Assembly (NCBI RefSeq): GCF_046105845.1
Contig: NZ_CP151004.1
Source: Escherichia coli
GTDB taxonomy: Bacteria > Pseudomonadota > Gammaproteobacteria > Enterobacterales > Enterobacteriaceae
Strand: one strand, 5' to 3'
Length of the DNA stretch: 64,000 nucleotides
The notes under the pieces are model-generated. The model saw nothing but the letters and a program-made list of their open reading frames with translations. It was not told the origin of the DNA and made no database searches. Shown here in pieces: positions 11,145-21,936 of the stretch (positions within the stretch are counted from its first letter, which is position 1; every line of letters begins with the position of its first letter). The position numbers were made by a program, and so were the translations under genes.

Positions 11145-14100
11145 TTATTTCCGTACCCGATGTCGGTGCAGCCACATCAGCTTATACGCCGCCGGGATAA
11201 TAAACAGCGACAGCAAAGGCGCGGTGATCATGCCGCCAATCATCGGCGCGGCAATCCGGCTCATCACCTCTGATCCTGCCCCCGTTCCCCACAGAATCGG
11301 CAGCAGACCAGCGATAATCACCGCCACCGTCATCGCTTTCGGGCGCACGCGCAGGACAGCGCCGTGATACAACGCCTCATCCAGCTTCTGCTCGCTGAAT
11401 GTTTGCGGATTATTCAACGACGGCTCGGCCTCTATGGCGTGACGTAAATACATCAGCATCACCACGCCAAATTCGGCGGCGACTCCGGCGAGGGCAATAA
11501 AACCGGTGCCCGTCGCCACGGAAAGATGAAAGCCCATCCACCACAGCAACCAGATGCCGCCCACCAGCGCAAACGGTACGCTGCTGATAATCAGCAACGC
11601 TTCGCCCACCCGACGGAACGCCAGATACAACAGCACGAAGATGATCATCAACGTCATCGGCACCATGAGTTTCAGCTTATGGTTGGCGCGCTCCAGTAGC
11701 TCGAACTGCCCGGAGAATGCCACGCTGGTGCCCGGTTTTAACTGCACTTTTTCAGCTATCGCTTTTTGCAAATCGTGAACCACCGACACCATGTCACGAT
11801 CGCGGGCATCGATATAAATCCAGCTCGTCGGGCGCGCATTCTCGGTTTTCAGCATCGACGGTCCGGTAGAGACTTTAACGTCGGCCACGTCTGCCAGGGT
11901 GATTTGCTGCTTCATCGGCGTCAGGATCGGCAACTGGCGCAGCGCCTGCGGACTATCGCGCCAGCTTTGCGGATAACGCAGATTAATTGGATAACGGGCA
12001 ATCCCTTCCACCGTTTCGCCAACCATCGCCCCGCCCACCGCAGATGTCACAAACAACTGCACATCCGCCACCGTCATACCGTAACGCGCGGCTTTTTCAC
12101 GGTTAATCTCAACGTTGATATAGCGCCCACCTTCCAGACGTTCAGCAAGGGCAGAAGCCACGCCTGGCACCGTTCGTGCCACTTCTTCAATTTGCTCCGC
12201 CATCGCGTCGATATCCGCCAGCACAGTGCCGGAAACTTTAATGCCGATGGGGCTTTTAATGCCAGTCGAGAGCATATCGATACGGTTACGAATTGGCGGC
12301 ACCCACAGATTCGCCAGCCCCGGCAGCCGCACGGTGTTATCCAGTTCCTCGATGATTTTGTCCATCGTCATGCCTGGCCGCCACTGATCTTGTGGCTTAA
12401 GCTGGATGGTCGTTTCTACCATCTCCAGCGGAGCAGAATCGGTGGCGGTTTCCGCTTTCCCGGTTTTGCCAAATACCCGCGCCACTTCAGGTACGCTCAT
12501 AATCAGCTTGTCGGTTTTTTGCAGCATACTCGCCGCCTCTGCTGCGGAAATCCCCGGCAGCGTCGATGGCATATATAACAAGTCGCCTTCATTAATCTGC
12601 GGTAAAAATTCCCCGCCAACTTTATTGAGCGGCCAGAGAATCGTCAGCACCGAAAGCGCTGCCACCAGCAGCGTGGTTTTCGGCCAGTGCAGTACTTTCA
12701 GCAACAGCGGATGATAAACACGAATCAAGAAGCGATTGAGCGGGTTACTGCTTTCTGGCGGAATTTTGCCACGGATCCAGTAACCCATCAGGATAGGGAT
12801 CACTACGATCGCCAGCAGCGCCGCGCCCGCCATCGCATAGGTTTTGGTGAACGCCAACGGGCCAAACAGACGCCCTTCCTGCCCTTCCAGGGTGAAGATC
12901 GGGATAAACGACAGTGTGATAATCAGCAGACTGATAAACAGCGCCGGACCCACTTCAACAGACGCATCGGTAATCACCTGCCAGCGCGTTTTATTATCCA
13001 GCGTGGCGTCAGGATGCTGGTGCTGCCACTCTTCCAGCCGTTTATGCGCATTCTCGATCATGACGATAGCGGCATCGACCATCGCCCCGACGGCAATCGC
13101 AATACCGCCCAGCGACATAATATTGGCGTTCAGTCCCTGAAAGTGCATGACAATAAAAGCAATACACAACCCCAGCGGCAACGAAATAATCGCCACCAGC
13201 GCCGAGCGCACATGCCAGAGAAACAGCGCACAGACTACCGCCACCACAATAAACTCTTCCAGCAACTTGCCGCTGAGGTTGTCGATGGCGCGGTCAATGA
13301 GCTGGCTGCGATCGTATGTTGTAACTATCTCCACGCCTTCCGGCAGACTGCTTTTCAGCGTTTCCAGTTTGTCTTTCACGGCGGCGATCACTTCTCGGGC
13401 GTTTTTGCCGGAGCGCAGGATCACCACCCCGCCCGCCACTTCGCCTTCGCCGTTCAGTTCGGCAATGCCCCGGCGCATCTCCGGGCCAATCTGGACCTTC
13501 GCAACATCGCGCAGATAAACGGGCACGCCATTTTCACTGGCTTTTAAAACGATGTGATTAAAGTCGTCGAGCGTTTGCAGATAGCCGCTGGCGCGCACCA
13601 TATATTCCGCTTCCGCCAGTTCGATCGACGAACCGCCCGCTTCCTGGTTTGAAGCATCCAGCGCGCTTTTTACTTCGGCGAGACTGATACCATATTGCGC
13701 CAGGCGCTGGGGATCGATAACCACCTGATACTCTTTCACCACGCCGCCCACCGACGCCACTTCCGCAACGTCAGGGATGGTTTTTAGCTCATATTTGAGA
13801 AACCAATCCTGCAATGAGCGTAAATCGGCCAGATCGTGCTTACCGCTGCGATCCACCAGTGCATATTCATAGATCCAGCCAACACCCGTGGCATCTGGTC
13901 CCAGCTCGGCGCTGACTCCCGCAGGCAGCTTACCCTGTACCTGGTTGAGGTACTCCAGCACCCGCGAACGCGCCCAGTACGGATCGGTACCATCTTCGAA
14001 AATGACATACACATAAGAGTCGCCAAACTGCGAGAAACCGCGCACAGTCTTCGCGCCAGGCACCGACAACATGGTGGTGGTTAGCGGATAAGTCACCTGA

Positions 14101-14288
14101 TTTTCAACGATTTGCGGTGCCTGACCGGGATAGCTGGTTTTAATAATCACCTGCACATCGGAGAGATCCGGCAGCGCATCCACTGGCGTATTAATGATGG
14201 TCCAGGTGCCCCAGATACTCAGAAACAACGCGCCCATCAGCACCAGAAAACGGTTCGCCACCGAGCGACGAATAATCCATTCAATCAT
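11145..14288 (-). CDS. cusA: RND copper/silver efflux inner membrane pump CusA (1047 aa)
   Basis: ORF 11145..14288, HME-RND transporter; last gene of cusCFBA. Confidence 0.95.
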   Translation of the reverse strand: MIEWIIRRSVANRFLVLMGALFLSIWGTWTIINTPVDALPDLSDVQVIIKTSYPGQAPQIVENQVTYPLTTTMLSVPGAKTVRGFSQFGDSYVYVIFEDGTDPYWARSRVLEYLNQVQGKLPAGVSAELGPDATGVGWIYEYALVDRSGKHDLADLRSLQDWFLKYELKTIPDVAEVASVGGVVKEYQVVIDPQRLAQYGISLAEVKSALDASNQEAGGSSIELAEAEYMVRASGYLQTLDDFNHIVLKASENGVPVYLRDVAKVQIGPEMRRGIAELNGEGEVAGGVVILRSGKNAREVIAAVKDKLETLKSSLPEGVEIVTTYDRSQLIDRAIDNLSGKLLEEFIVVAVVCALFLWHVRSALVAIISLPLGLCIAFIVMHFQGLNANIMSLGGIAIAVGAMVDAAIVMIENAHKRLEEWQHQHPDATLDNKTRWQVITDASVEVGPALFISLLIITLSFIPIFTLEGQEGRLFGPLAFTKTYAMAGAALLAIVVIPILMGYWIRGKIPPESSNPLNRFLIRVYHPLLLKVLHWPKTTLLVAALSVLTILWPLNKVGGEFLPQINEGDLLYMPSTLPGISAAEAASMLQKTDKLIMSVPEVARVFGKTGKAETATDSAPLEMVETTIQLKPQDQWRPGMTMDKIIEELDNTVRLPGLANLWVPPIRNRIDMLSTGIKSPIGIKVSGTVLADIDAMAEQIEEVARTVPGVASALAERLEGGRYINVEINREKAARYGMTVADVQLFVTSAVGGAMVGETVEGIARYPINLRYPQSWRDSPQALRQLPILTPMKQQITLADVADVKVSTGPSMLKTENARPTSWIYIDARDRDMVSVVHDLQKAIAEKVQLKPGTSVAFSGQFELLERANHKLKLMVPMTLMIIFVLLYLAFRRVGEALLIISSVPFALVGGIWLLWWMGFHLSVATGTGFIALAGVAAEFGVVMLMYLRHAIEAEPSLNNPQTFSEQKLDEALYHGAVLRVRPKAMTVAVIIAGLLPILWGTGAGSEVMSRIAAPMIGGMITAPLLSLFIIPAAYKLMWLHRHRVRK

Positions 14289-14299
14289 TGGTTATTCCC

Positions 14300-15523
14300 T
14301 CAATGCGCATGGGTAGCACTTTCAGAGCGCATCCGCTCCAGTGCGCCAGAAATATTGGCTTCGGAATCAATCAGGAACAGGCCGCTGGAAACCACCTTTT
14401 CACCTTCCGCCAGACCAGAGCGTAACGCGGTGACGCCTTGCGATGCCTGGAAAACGGCAACGCGTTTCGGTACAAAGCGTCCGTCGGCATCAACGGTAAT
14501 CACCCGCTGTTCACTGCCGGTATCAATCAGCGCCTGTGACGGAATGAGCAGCATCGGTTCGCTGGTGGTATTGAGTTGCAACCAGGCGTTCATGCCCGGT
14601 TTTAGCGACTCGTCGGCGTTGTCGACTTCCAGACGCAGCTGCAGCGTGCGGGTCGCGGCATCCACGCCGGGTAGCAGCGTCCATTTGCGAATGGTGAGTG
14701 TTTTATCAGGTCGCGCCGGAACGGTGAGCGTAAACTGCGAGGCATCTTTCACCAGCCAGGCGATGGACTCCGGGATCGCTGCAGTGACCCACACCGGGTC
14801 CATACCCTGAATTTTCGCGACCACATTATCTTTGGCGATATTCATTCCCGCGCGCAGATCAAACGCGGTGATCACGCCATCAATGGGCGCTTTGAGCGTA
14901 AAGCGAGTCTGTATTTTTTGCGTGGCGATCAGGCGGCGAATATCCGCCTCCGGCATTCCCGCCAGTCGCAGTCGCTCAAGAATGCCTTCAGTCTGGGTCG
15001 CCGTACCGCCGGTTTCGCGCAGCAGTAAATACTCACTCTGCGCTTCCACCCAGTCGGGAATGGTCAGGTCGAGAAGCGGTGTGCCCTTTTGTACTTTATC
15101 GCCCACCGTAAGCGGATACACCTTGTCGATAAATCCGGCAGCGCGAGCCTGCACAATGGCATACTGATACTCGTTGTAACTGACATTCGCCGGGAAACTC
15201 TGGGCAAAAGTCAGCGGCCCGCGCGTGACGGTAGCCGTTTTCACCCCCAGATTCTGCGTCTGGGTCGGGTCAATGCGTACACCAGACGCAGAACTCTCTT
15301 CATCGGCATATTTCGGCACCAGATCCATATCCATAAACGGCGATTTACCTGGTTTATCGAACCGCGTATTGGGATACATCGGGTCGTACCAGAATAAGAT
15401 TTTACGTTCTGCGGTCGGCGTTTTTTCTGCGGGCGGTTCAGCCTTTGCAAACCAGGTAAAACCTGCCGCAGAAATAATACCGCCCGCGATCATGCTGCCG
15501 ATAATAAGCGCGATTTTTTTCAT
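14300..15523 (-). CDS. cusB: Copper/silver efflux membrane fusion (periplasmic adaptor) protein CusB (407 aa)
   Basis: ORF 14300..15523; operon position between cusF and cusA. Confidence 0.93.
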   Translation of the reverse strand: MKKIALIIGSMIAGGIISAAGFTWFAKAEPPAEKTPTAERKILFWYDPMYPNTRFDKPGKSPFMDMDLVPKYADEESSASGVRIDPTQTQNLGVKTATVTRGPLTFAQSFPANVSYNEYQYAIVQARAAGFIDKVYPLTVGDKVQKGTPLLDLTIPDWVEAQSEYLLLRETGGTATQTEGILERLRLAGMPEADIRRLIATQKIQTRFTLKAPIDGVITAFDLRAGMNIAKDNVVAKIQGMDPVWVTAAIPESIAWLVKDASQFTLTVPARPDKTLTIRKWTLLPGVDAATRTLQLRLEVDNADESLKPGMNAWLQLNTTSEPMLLIPSQALIDTGSEQRVITVDADGRFVPKRVAVFQASQGVTALRSGLAEGEKVVSSGLFLIDSEANISGALERMRSESATHAH

Positions 15524-15538
15524 CTCATTAAACCTGGG

Positions 15539-15871
15539 TTACTGGCTGACTTTAATATCCTGTAATAAAGAAAGGTTGCCCTGCTGGACAAAATTAAACG
15601 CCACTTTGTCGCCGGTTTTAATTTCACTCATTTTCGTCTGCGGGGTGATGGTAAAGCGCATGGTCATCTCCGGCCAGTTCACGGCTACAATCGGATCGTG
15701 ATGGATGGTGATTTTTTTGCTTTCCAGATCAACACCTTTTACCACCCCAGTGGCGCTAATGACCTGTGGTTTTGCTTCGCTCGTGGTTTCATGATGATGT
15801 TCGTTAGCCTGGGCATTAAAGCCAATAATGGTAAACAGACTGAACATTGCGACTTGCAGTGCTTTTTTCAT
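15539..15871 (-). CDS. cusF: Periplasmic copper/silver chaperone CusF (110 aa)
   Basis: ORF 15539..15871; signal peptide plus small periplasmic domain; His-rich N-terminal segment. Confidence 0.93.
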   Translation of the reverse strand: MKKALQVAMFSLFTIIGFNAQANEHHHETTSEAKPQVISATGVVKGVDLESKKITIHHDPIVAVNWPEMTMRFTITPQTKMSEIKTGDKVAFNFVQQGNLSLLQDIKVSQ

Positions 15872-15894
15872 TTATTCTCTCCTGGAGTTAAAAA

Positions 15895-17277
15895 TTATTG
15901 CTGCCAACCGCCACCAAGTGCGGCATATAAAGAAATTTCGTTAACCTGACGGGCATAATTCAGGTCAAGTAAGGTTTGTCGGGTTGCAAATAAAGAACGC
16001 TCGGCATCCAGCACTTCCAGATAACTTACCGCGCCGTGCTGATATAATGCCCGCGCCCGTTGCAAAGTAATTTGCAGCGACGCCAGATAACGCTGCTGGG
16101 CGCTGATTTGATCGTTCAGGCTTTGACGTAATGCCAGCGCATCTGCCACTTCTTTAAAGGCGTTCTGGATTTTCTGTTCATAATTCACTACCGACTGCTG
16201 CTGGCGAATTTCGGCGATATCCAGATTGGCCTGGTTGCGTCCGGCATTAAAAATGGGGATCTCAATTTTCGGAATAAAATTCCACATCCCGCTGCTGGCG
16301 TTAAATAATGACGACAGATCGCTGCTGGCGGTTGATATTCCGCTGGTCAGGCTTATAGATGGGAAAAATGCCGCGCGTGCGGCCCCAATATTGGCATTAG
16401 CCGCCATTAACGCGTGTTCAGCTTCCATAATATCCGGGCGCTGCAATAAGATTTGCGACGACAAGCCCGCCGGTAATTTAACGCTTTGCAGGCTGTCGCT
16501 GTTTACTGTCTGCGCTTGCGGCAGCTTGCCGTAGCTTCCCAATAACAGTTGCAATGCATTATTCGCCTGCGCCAGTTCCCCCTGACGTTTAGCGATGTCA
16601 CTGCGGGTACTTTCTATCACCCCGCGAGCCTGTTCCAGCGCCAGAACATTGCTGCTACCGGTCAACAGTTGTTTTTCGACAAACGCATATGACTGCTGAT
16701 AATTACGCAGCGTTTCTTCGGCGATTTGCAATTGCGCATACGCCAGCTGCTGATTGAAATAGCTTTGCGCGACATTAGAAACCAGCAGAATATGCACCGC
16801 GCGCTGGGCTTCCTCCGTGGCTAAATAATTTTGGCGCTCGGCTTCGCTCATGTTCTTTAAGCGACCGAAAAAATCGAGATCAAAGCTGGCGTTAAGGCCA
16901 GTCGAGAACTCCCGCGTCGTGGCTGAATCGCCTTTAAGATTGCCGCTCCAGCTGCCGCTGCCCTCGCCATTGAGCTGTGGGTAGCGGTCGGTATCGGTCA
17001 GACGATATTGCGCCCGCGCTTCCTGCACTTTCAGCGTCGCCATGCGCAAATCCCGGTTATTCACCAGCGCCTCGCTAATCAGCGTCTTCACCTGATTATC
17101 AACAAAAAAGGTGCGCCAGCCCGCGTTCTGGTAGTTATCTGCTGCGTTAACCAGGCCGTTCTGGCTGAGTGAGAACTGCTGCGGCACGGGCATTGCCGGA
17201 CGCTGATAATCCGGTGCCAGTGAACAACCGGTTAGCGCAAGGGCCACACAAAATGGCAGAAGTTTACAAGGAGACAT
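15895..17277 (-). CDS. cusC: Outer membrane factor CusC (lipoprotein, TolC-like)
   Basis: MSPCKLLPFCVALALTGCSLAPDYQRP... with lipobox LTGC; first gene of cusCFBA. Confidence 0.93.
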   Translation of the reverse strand: MSPCKLLPFCVALALTGCSLAPDYQRPAMPVPQQFSLSQNGLVNAADNYQNAGWRTFFVDNQVKTLISEALVNNRDLRMATLKVQEARAQYRLTDTDRYPQLNGEGSGSWSGNLKGDSATTREFSTGLNASFDLDFFGRLKNMSEAERQNYLATEEAQRAVHILLVSNVAQSYFNQQLAYAQLQIAEETLRNYQQSYAFVEKQLLTGSSNVLALEQARGVIESTRSDIAKRQGELAQANNALQLLLGSYGKLPQAQTVNSDSLQSVKLPAGLSSQILLQRPDIMEAEHALMAANANIGAARAAFFPSISLTSGISTASSDLSSLFNASSGMWNFIPKIEIPIFNAGRNQANLDIAEIRQQQSVVNYEQKIQNAFKEVADALALRQSLNDQISAQQRYLASLQITLQRARALYQHGAVSYLEVLDAERSLFATRQTLLDLNYARQVNEISLYAALGGGWQQ

Positions 17278-17346
17278 AGGCTCATAATTTCTGGTGATTT
17301 TATGCTGCCAACTTTACTCGCCAGGCTCTGATTTTCCGGTGACAGG

Positions 17347-17368
17347 AAAATGACAAAATTGTCATTTT
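17347..17368. promoter_or_regulatory. CusR box (palindromic operator) in the cusC-cusR divergent promoter region
   Basis: aaaatgacaaaattgtcatttt, a perfect inverted repeat of the type bound by CusR. Confidence 0.75.
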
Positions 17369-17433
17369 GCCAATAAGCGATTGCCATCTGATCCCGCTAC
17401 TCTAGAATTGCCCGGGCAACATGCGGAGGAAAT

Positions 17434-18117
17434 ATGAAACTGTTGATTGTCGAAGATGAAAAGAAAACCGGAGAATACTTGACCAAAGGGTTAACCGAAG
17501 CCGGTTTTGTGGTCGATTTGGCCGACAATGGGCTGAATGGCTACCATCTGGCGATGACCGGTGATTATGACCTGATAATTCTCGATATTATGCTGCCGGA
17601 CGTGAACGGCTGGGATATCGTGCGCATGTTGCGTTCCGCCAATAAAGGGATGCCGATTCTGTTGCTTACCGCGCTTGGTACCATTGAACATCGCGTCAAG
17701 GGGCTGGAGTTGGGGGCGGATGACTACCTGGTGAAGCCGTTCGCTTTTGCTGAACTGCTGGCGCGGGTGCGCACCCTACTACGGCGCGGAGCGGCGGTGA
17801 TTATCGAAAGTCAGTTTCAGGTTGCCGATCTGATGGTCGATCTCGTCAGCCGCAAAGTCACCCGTAGCGGCACGCGCATCACGTTGACCAGTAAAGAATT
17901 TACTTTGCTGGAGTTTTTCCTCCGCCATCAGGGTGAAGTGCTGCCCCGCTCGCTTATCGCCTCGCAGGTGTGGGACATGAATTTCGACAGCGACACTAAC
18001 GCTATTGATGTGGCGGTGAAGCGGCTGCGCGGCAAAATCGACAATGATTTTGAACCAAAGTTGATTCAGACCGTGCGCGGCGTGGGTTACATGCTTGAGG
18101 TGCCGGATGGTCAGTAA
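17434..18117 (+). CDS. cusR: Copper-responsive OmpR-family response regulator CusR (227 aa)
   Basis: [25 protein letters not shown]...; receiver plus winged-helix domains. Confidence 0.95.
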
Positions 18118-19549
18118 GCCATTTCAGCGCCCGTTTTCGCTGGCAACCCGCCTGACCTTTTTTATCAGCCTGGCCACCATCGCGGCGTTTTTCGCCTTTG
18201 CCTGGATCATGATCCACTCAGTAAAAGTGCATTTTGCCGAGCAGGATATTAATGATTTAAAAGAGATTAGCGCCACTCTTGAACGGGTACTTAATCACCC
18301 TGACGAAACGCAAGCCCAACGCTTAATGACGCTGGAAGATATCGTCAGTGGTTATTCCAATGTGTTGATTTCCCTGGCAGATAGCCACGGTAAAACGGTG
18401 TATCACTCCCCCGGTGCGCCGGATATCCGCGAGTTTACGCGTGACGCCATACCCGATAAAGACACGCGGGGCGGTGAGGTGTATCTCCTTTCCGGCCCGA
18501 CGATTATGATGCCGGGCCACGGTCACGGGCATATGGAACACAGCAACTGGCGGATGATTAGCTTGCCGGTTGGCCCACTAGTGGACGGCAAACCGATTTA
18601 TACGCTCTACATTGCGCTTTCGATCGATTTTCATCTTCATTACATAAATGATTTGATGAATAAACTTGTAATGACCGCATCGATCATTAGCATCCTGATC
18701 GTCTTTATCGTGCTGTTGGCGGTACATAAAGGTCACGCGCCGATCCGCAGCGTCAGCCGTCAAATCCAGAATATCACCTCGAAAGATCTCGACGTTCGCC
18801 TTGACCCGCAGACCGTGCCGATTGAGCTGGAACAGTTGGTACTGTCGTTCAACCATATGATCGAGCGTATTGAGGATGTCTTTACCCGCCAGTCCAATTT
18901 CTCAGCGGATATCGCCCACGAAATTCGTACACCAATTACGAATCTCATCACGCAAACGGAAATCGCCCTCAGCCAGTCGCGCAGCCAGAAGGAGCTGGAA
19001 GATGTGCTCTACTCTAATCTCGAAGAGCTGACGCGAATGGCGAAAATGGTCAGCGATATGCTGTTTCTCGCCCAAGCCGATAACAACCAGTTAATCCCCG
19101 AAAAGAAAATGCTCAACCTGGCGGATGAAGTCGGCAAAGTGTTCGATTTTTTCGAGGCATTAGCGGAAGATCGCGGCGTGGAGTTGCGGTTTGTTGGTGA
19201 CGAATGTCAGGTTGCGGGCGATCCGCTGATGCTGCGTCGGGCGTTAAGCAACCTGCTTTCTAATGCCCTGCGTTATACGCCAACCGGAGAGGCAATTGTA
19301 GTGCGCTGTCAAATGGTCGATCACCAGGTGCAAGTTACCGTCGAAAACCCCGGTACGCCCATTGCGCCCGAACACTTACCGCGATTGTTTGACCGTTTCT
19401 ACCGCGTTGACCCCTCCCGCCAGCGAAAAGGTGAAGGTAGCGGCATTGGGCTGGCGATAGTGAAATCAATTGTTGTCGCGCATAAAGGCACGGTTGCGGT
19501 AACGTCGGATGCGCAGGGGACAAGGTTTGTTATCATATTACCCGCTTAA
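18107..19549 (+). CDS. cusS: Copper/silver sensor histidine kinase CusS (480 aa)
   Basis: [19 protein letters not shown]...; start at ATG 18107, overlapping the cusR 3' end by 11 nt. Confidence 0.93.
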
Positions 19550-19698
19550 TCCTTCAGCAAACGGCAACTTTTATAACCAGTGTAAAAATAACGTGCCGCA
19601 ATAGTCATACCTATTAATGGTAAAAAGCTGTCACAATTCATAAAAAACCTTAATATACGCCACCCTAAACATAACCAGCGTTAATGTAAGGTTTTTGT

Positions 19699-21936
19699 GT
19701 GGACTGGCTTCTTGATGTTTTTGCTACCTGGCTCTACGGCTTAAAAGTAATCGCGATAACGTTAGCGGTCATCATGTTCATCAGCGGGCTGGACGATTTT
19801 TTTATTGATGTCGTCTACTGGGTACGCCGCATTAAACGCAAGTTGAGTGTTTATCGCCGCTACCCGCGAATGAGTTACCGCGAACTGTATAAACCAGATG
19901 AAAAACCGTTAGCGATTATGGTTCCGGCGTGGAATGAAACGGGCGTCATCGGCAATATGGCCGAGCTGGCGGCGACCACGCTCGACTATGAAAACTATCA
20001 TATCTTTGTTGGCACCTACCCCAACGACCCCGATACTCAGCGTGATGTTGATGAAGTGTGCGCTCGCTTCCCAAACGTGCATAAGGTAGTCTGCGCGCGT
20101 CCTGGCCCCACCAGCAAAGCCGACTGCCTGAACAACGTGCTGGACGCCATCACCCAGTTTGAGCGTAGCGCCAATTTCGCTTTTGCTGGTTTTATTCTGC
20201 ATGACGCCGAAGACGTAATTTCACCGATGGAATTGCGTCTGTTCAACTATCTGGTCGAGCGTAAAGATCTGATTCAGATCCCGGTATACCCATTCGAACG
20301 CGAATGGACGCACTTCACCAGCATGACTTACATTGATGAGTTTTCAGAACTGCATGGCAAAGATGTTCCGGTGCGTGAAGCCCTCGCCGGACAGGTGCCC
20401 AGCGCAGGCGTCGGTACTTGTTTCAGCCGCCGCGCCGTGACCGCACTGTTAGCTGACGGTGACGGTATTGCTTTCGACGTGCAGAGTCTTACTGAAGATT
20501 ACGACATTGGTTTCCGCCTGAAAGAAAAAGGTATGACGGAAATTTTTGTCCGTTTTCCGGTGGTGGACGAAGCCAAAGAACGCGAGCAGCGTAAATTTTT
20601 ACAGCACGCACGGACGTCAAACATGATCTGCGTGCGCGAATATTTCCCCGATACCTTTTCGACTGCGGTTCGACAAAAATCTCGCTGGATCATCGGCATT
20701 GTTTTCCAGGGCTTTAAAACCCACAAATGGACCTCCAGCCTGACGCTGAACTACTTTCTCTGGCGCGACCGCAAAGGGGCAATCAGTAACTTTGTCAGCT
20801 TCCTCGCGATGCTGGTGATGATCCAGCTTTTGCTGTTACTGGCGTATGAAAGTTTGTGGCCCGATGCCTGGCATTTCCTTTCTATTTTCAGCGGCAGCGC
20901 ATGGTTAATGACCCTGCTGTGGCTAAACTTTGGTTTGATGGTTAACCGCATCGTGCAGCGGGTGATTTTTGTCACTGGCTACTACGGTCTGACGCAGGGG
21001 CTGCTATCTGTCCTGCGTCTTTTCTGGGGCAACCTGATTAACTTCATGGCCAACTGGCGCGCGTTAAAACAGGTACTTCAACACGGCGATCCACGTCGCG
21101 TCGCGTGGGATAAAACAACGCATGACTTCCCCAGCGTGACTGGCGATACCCGCTCGTTGCGCCCGTTAGGCCAAATTCTGCTGGAAAATCAGGTCATCAC
21201 TGAAGAACAACTCGATACAGCACTGCGTAATCGCGTCGAAGGTCTACGCCTGGGCGGTTCAATGCTGATGCAGGGGCTGATTAGCGCCGAACAGCTGGCA
21301 CAGGCGCTGGCAGAGCAAAACGGCGTGGCGTGGGAGTCGATCGACGCCTGGCAGATCCCTTCATCACTGATTGCCGAAATGCCGGCCTCCGTGGCGCTGC
21401 ATTATGCAGTACTGCCGCTGCGTCTGGAAAATGATGAGTTAATTGTCGGCAGTGAAGATGGTATTGACCCGGTTTCGCTGGCGGCCCTGACGCGTAAAGT
21501 CGGATGCAAAGTGCGTTACGTCATTGTTCTGCGGGGACAAATTGTCACGGGGTTACGCCACTGGTATGCGCGCCGACGCGGTCACGATCCGCGGGCAATG
21601 TTGTACAATGCGGTTCAGCATCAGTGGCTCACGGAACAGCAGGCCGGTGAAATCTGGCGGCAATATGTGCCGCATCAGTTCCTGTTCGCCGAAATACTGA
21701 CCACGCTCGGTCATATTAATCGTTCAGCAATTAACGTGTTGTTATTGCGCCATGAACGTAGTTCTCTGCCGCTCGGCAAGTTTTTGGTCACCGAAGGCGT
21801 TATCAGCCAGGAAACGTTGGATCGCGTCCTGACAATTCAACGCGAATTACAAGTTTCGATGCAATCACTATTACTCAAAGCAGGTTTAAACACAGAACAG
21901 GTTGCGCAACTGGAGTCCGAAAATGAAGGAGAATAA
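19699..21936 (+). CDS. nfrB: NfrB: inner membrane family-2 glycosyltransferase with a C-terminal cyclic-di-GMP-binding (MshEN-type) domain; phage N4 adsorption protein B (745 aa, GTG start)
   Basis: ORF 19699..21936; MDWLLDVFATWLYGLKVIAIT...; GTG at 19699; followed by nfrA and ybcH as in E. coli. Confidence 0.9.
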   Translation: MDWLLDVFATWLYGLKVIAITLAVIMFISGLDDFFIDVVYWVRRIKRKLSVYRRYPRMSYRELYKPDEKPLAIMVPAWNETGVIGNMAELAATTLDYENYHIFVGTYPNDPDTQRDVDEVCARFPNVHKVVCARPGPTSKADCLNNVLDAITQFERSANFAFAGFILHDAEDVISPMELRLFNYLVERKDLIQIPVYPFEREWTHFTSMTYIDEFSELHGKDVPVREALAGQVPSAGVGTCFSRRAVTALLADGDGIAFDVQSLTEDYDIGFRLKEKGMTEIFVRFPVVDEAKEREQRKFLQHARTSNMICVREYFPDTFSTAVRQKSRWIIGIVFQGFKTHKWTSSLTLNYFLWRDRKGAISNFVSFLAMLVMIQLLLLLAYESLWPDAWHFLSIFSGSAWLMTLLWLNFGLMVNRIVQRVIFVTGYYGLTQGLLSVLRLFWGNLINFMANWRALKQVLQHGDPRRVAWDKTTHDFPSVTGDTRSLRPLGQILLENQVITEEQLDTALRNRVEGLRLGGSMLMQGLISAEQLAQALAEQNGVAWESIDAWQIPSSLIAEMPASVALHYAVLPLRLENDELIVGSEDGIDPVSLAALTRKVGCKVRYVIVLRGQIVTGLRHWYARRRGHDPRAMLYNAVQHQWLTEQQAGEIWRQYVPHQFLFAEILTTLGHINRSAINVLLLRHERSSLPLGKFLVTEGVISQETLDRVLTIQRELQVSMQSLLLKAGLNTEQVAQLESENEGE

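Noticed and set aside
11766-13547. Long plus-strand ORFs (270 and 286 aa) inside the cusA region
   Set aside because: They are antisense to the clearly identified 1047-aa cusA and have Arg/His/Gln-rich low-complexity translations; typical spurious antisense ORFs of a GC-rich gene.
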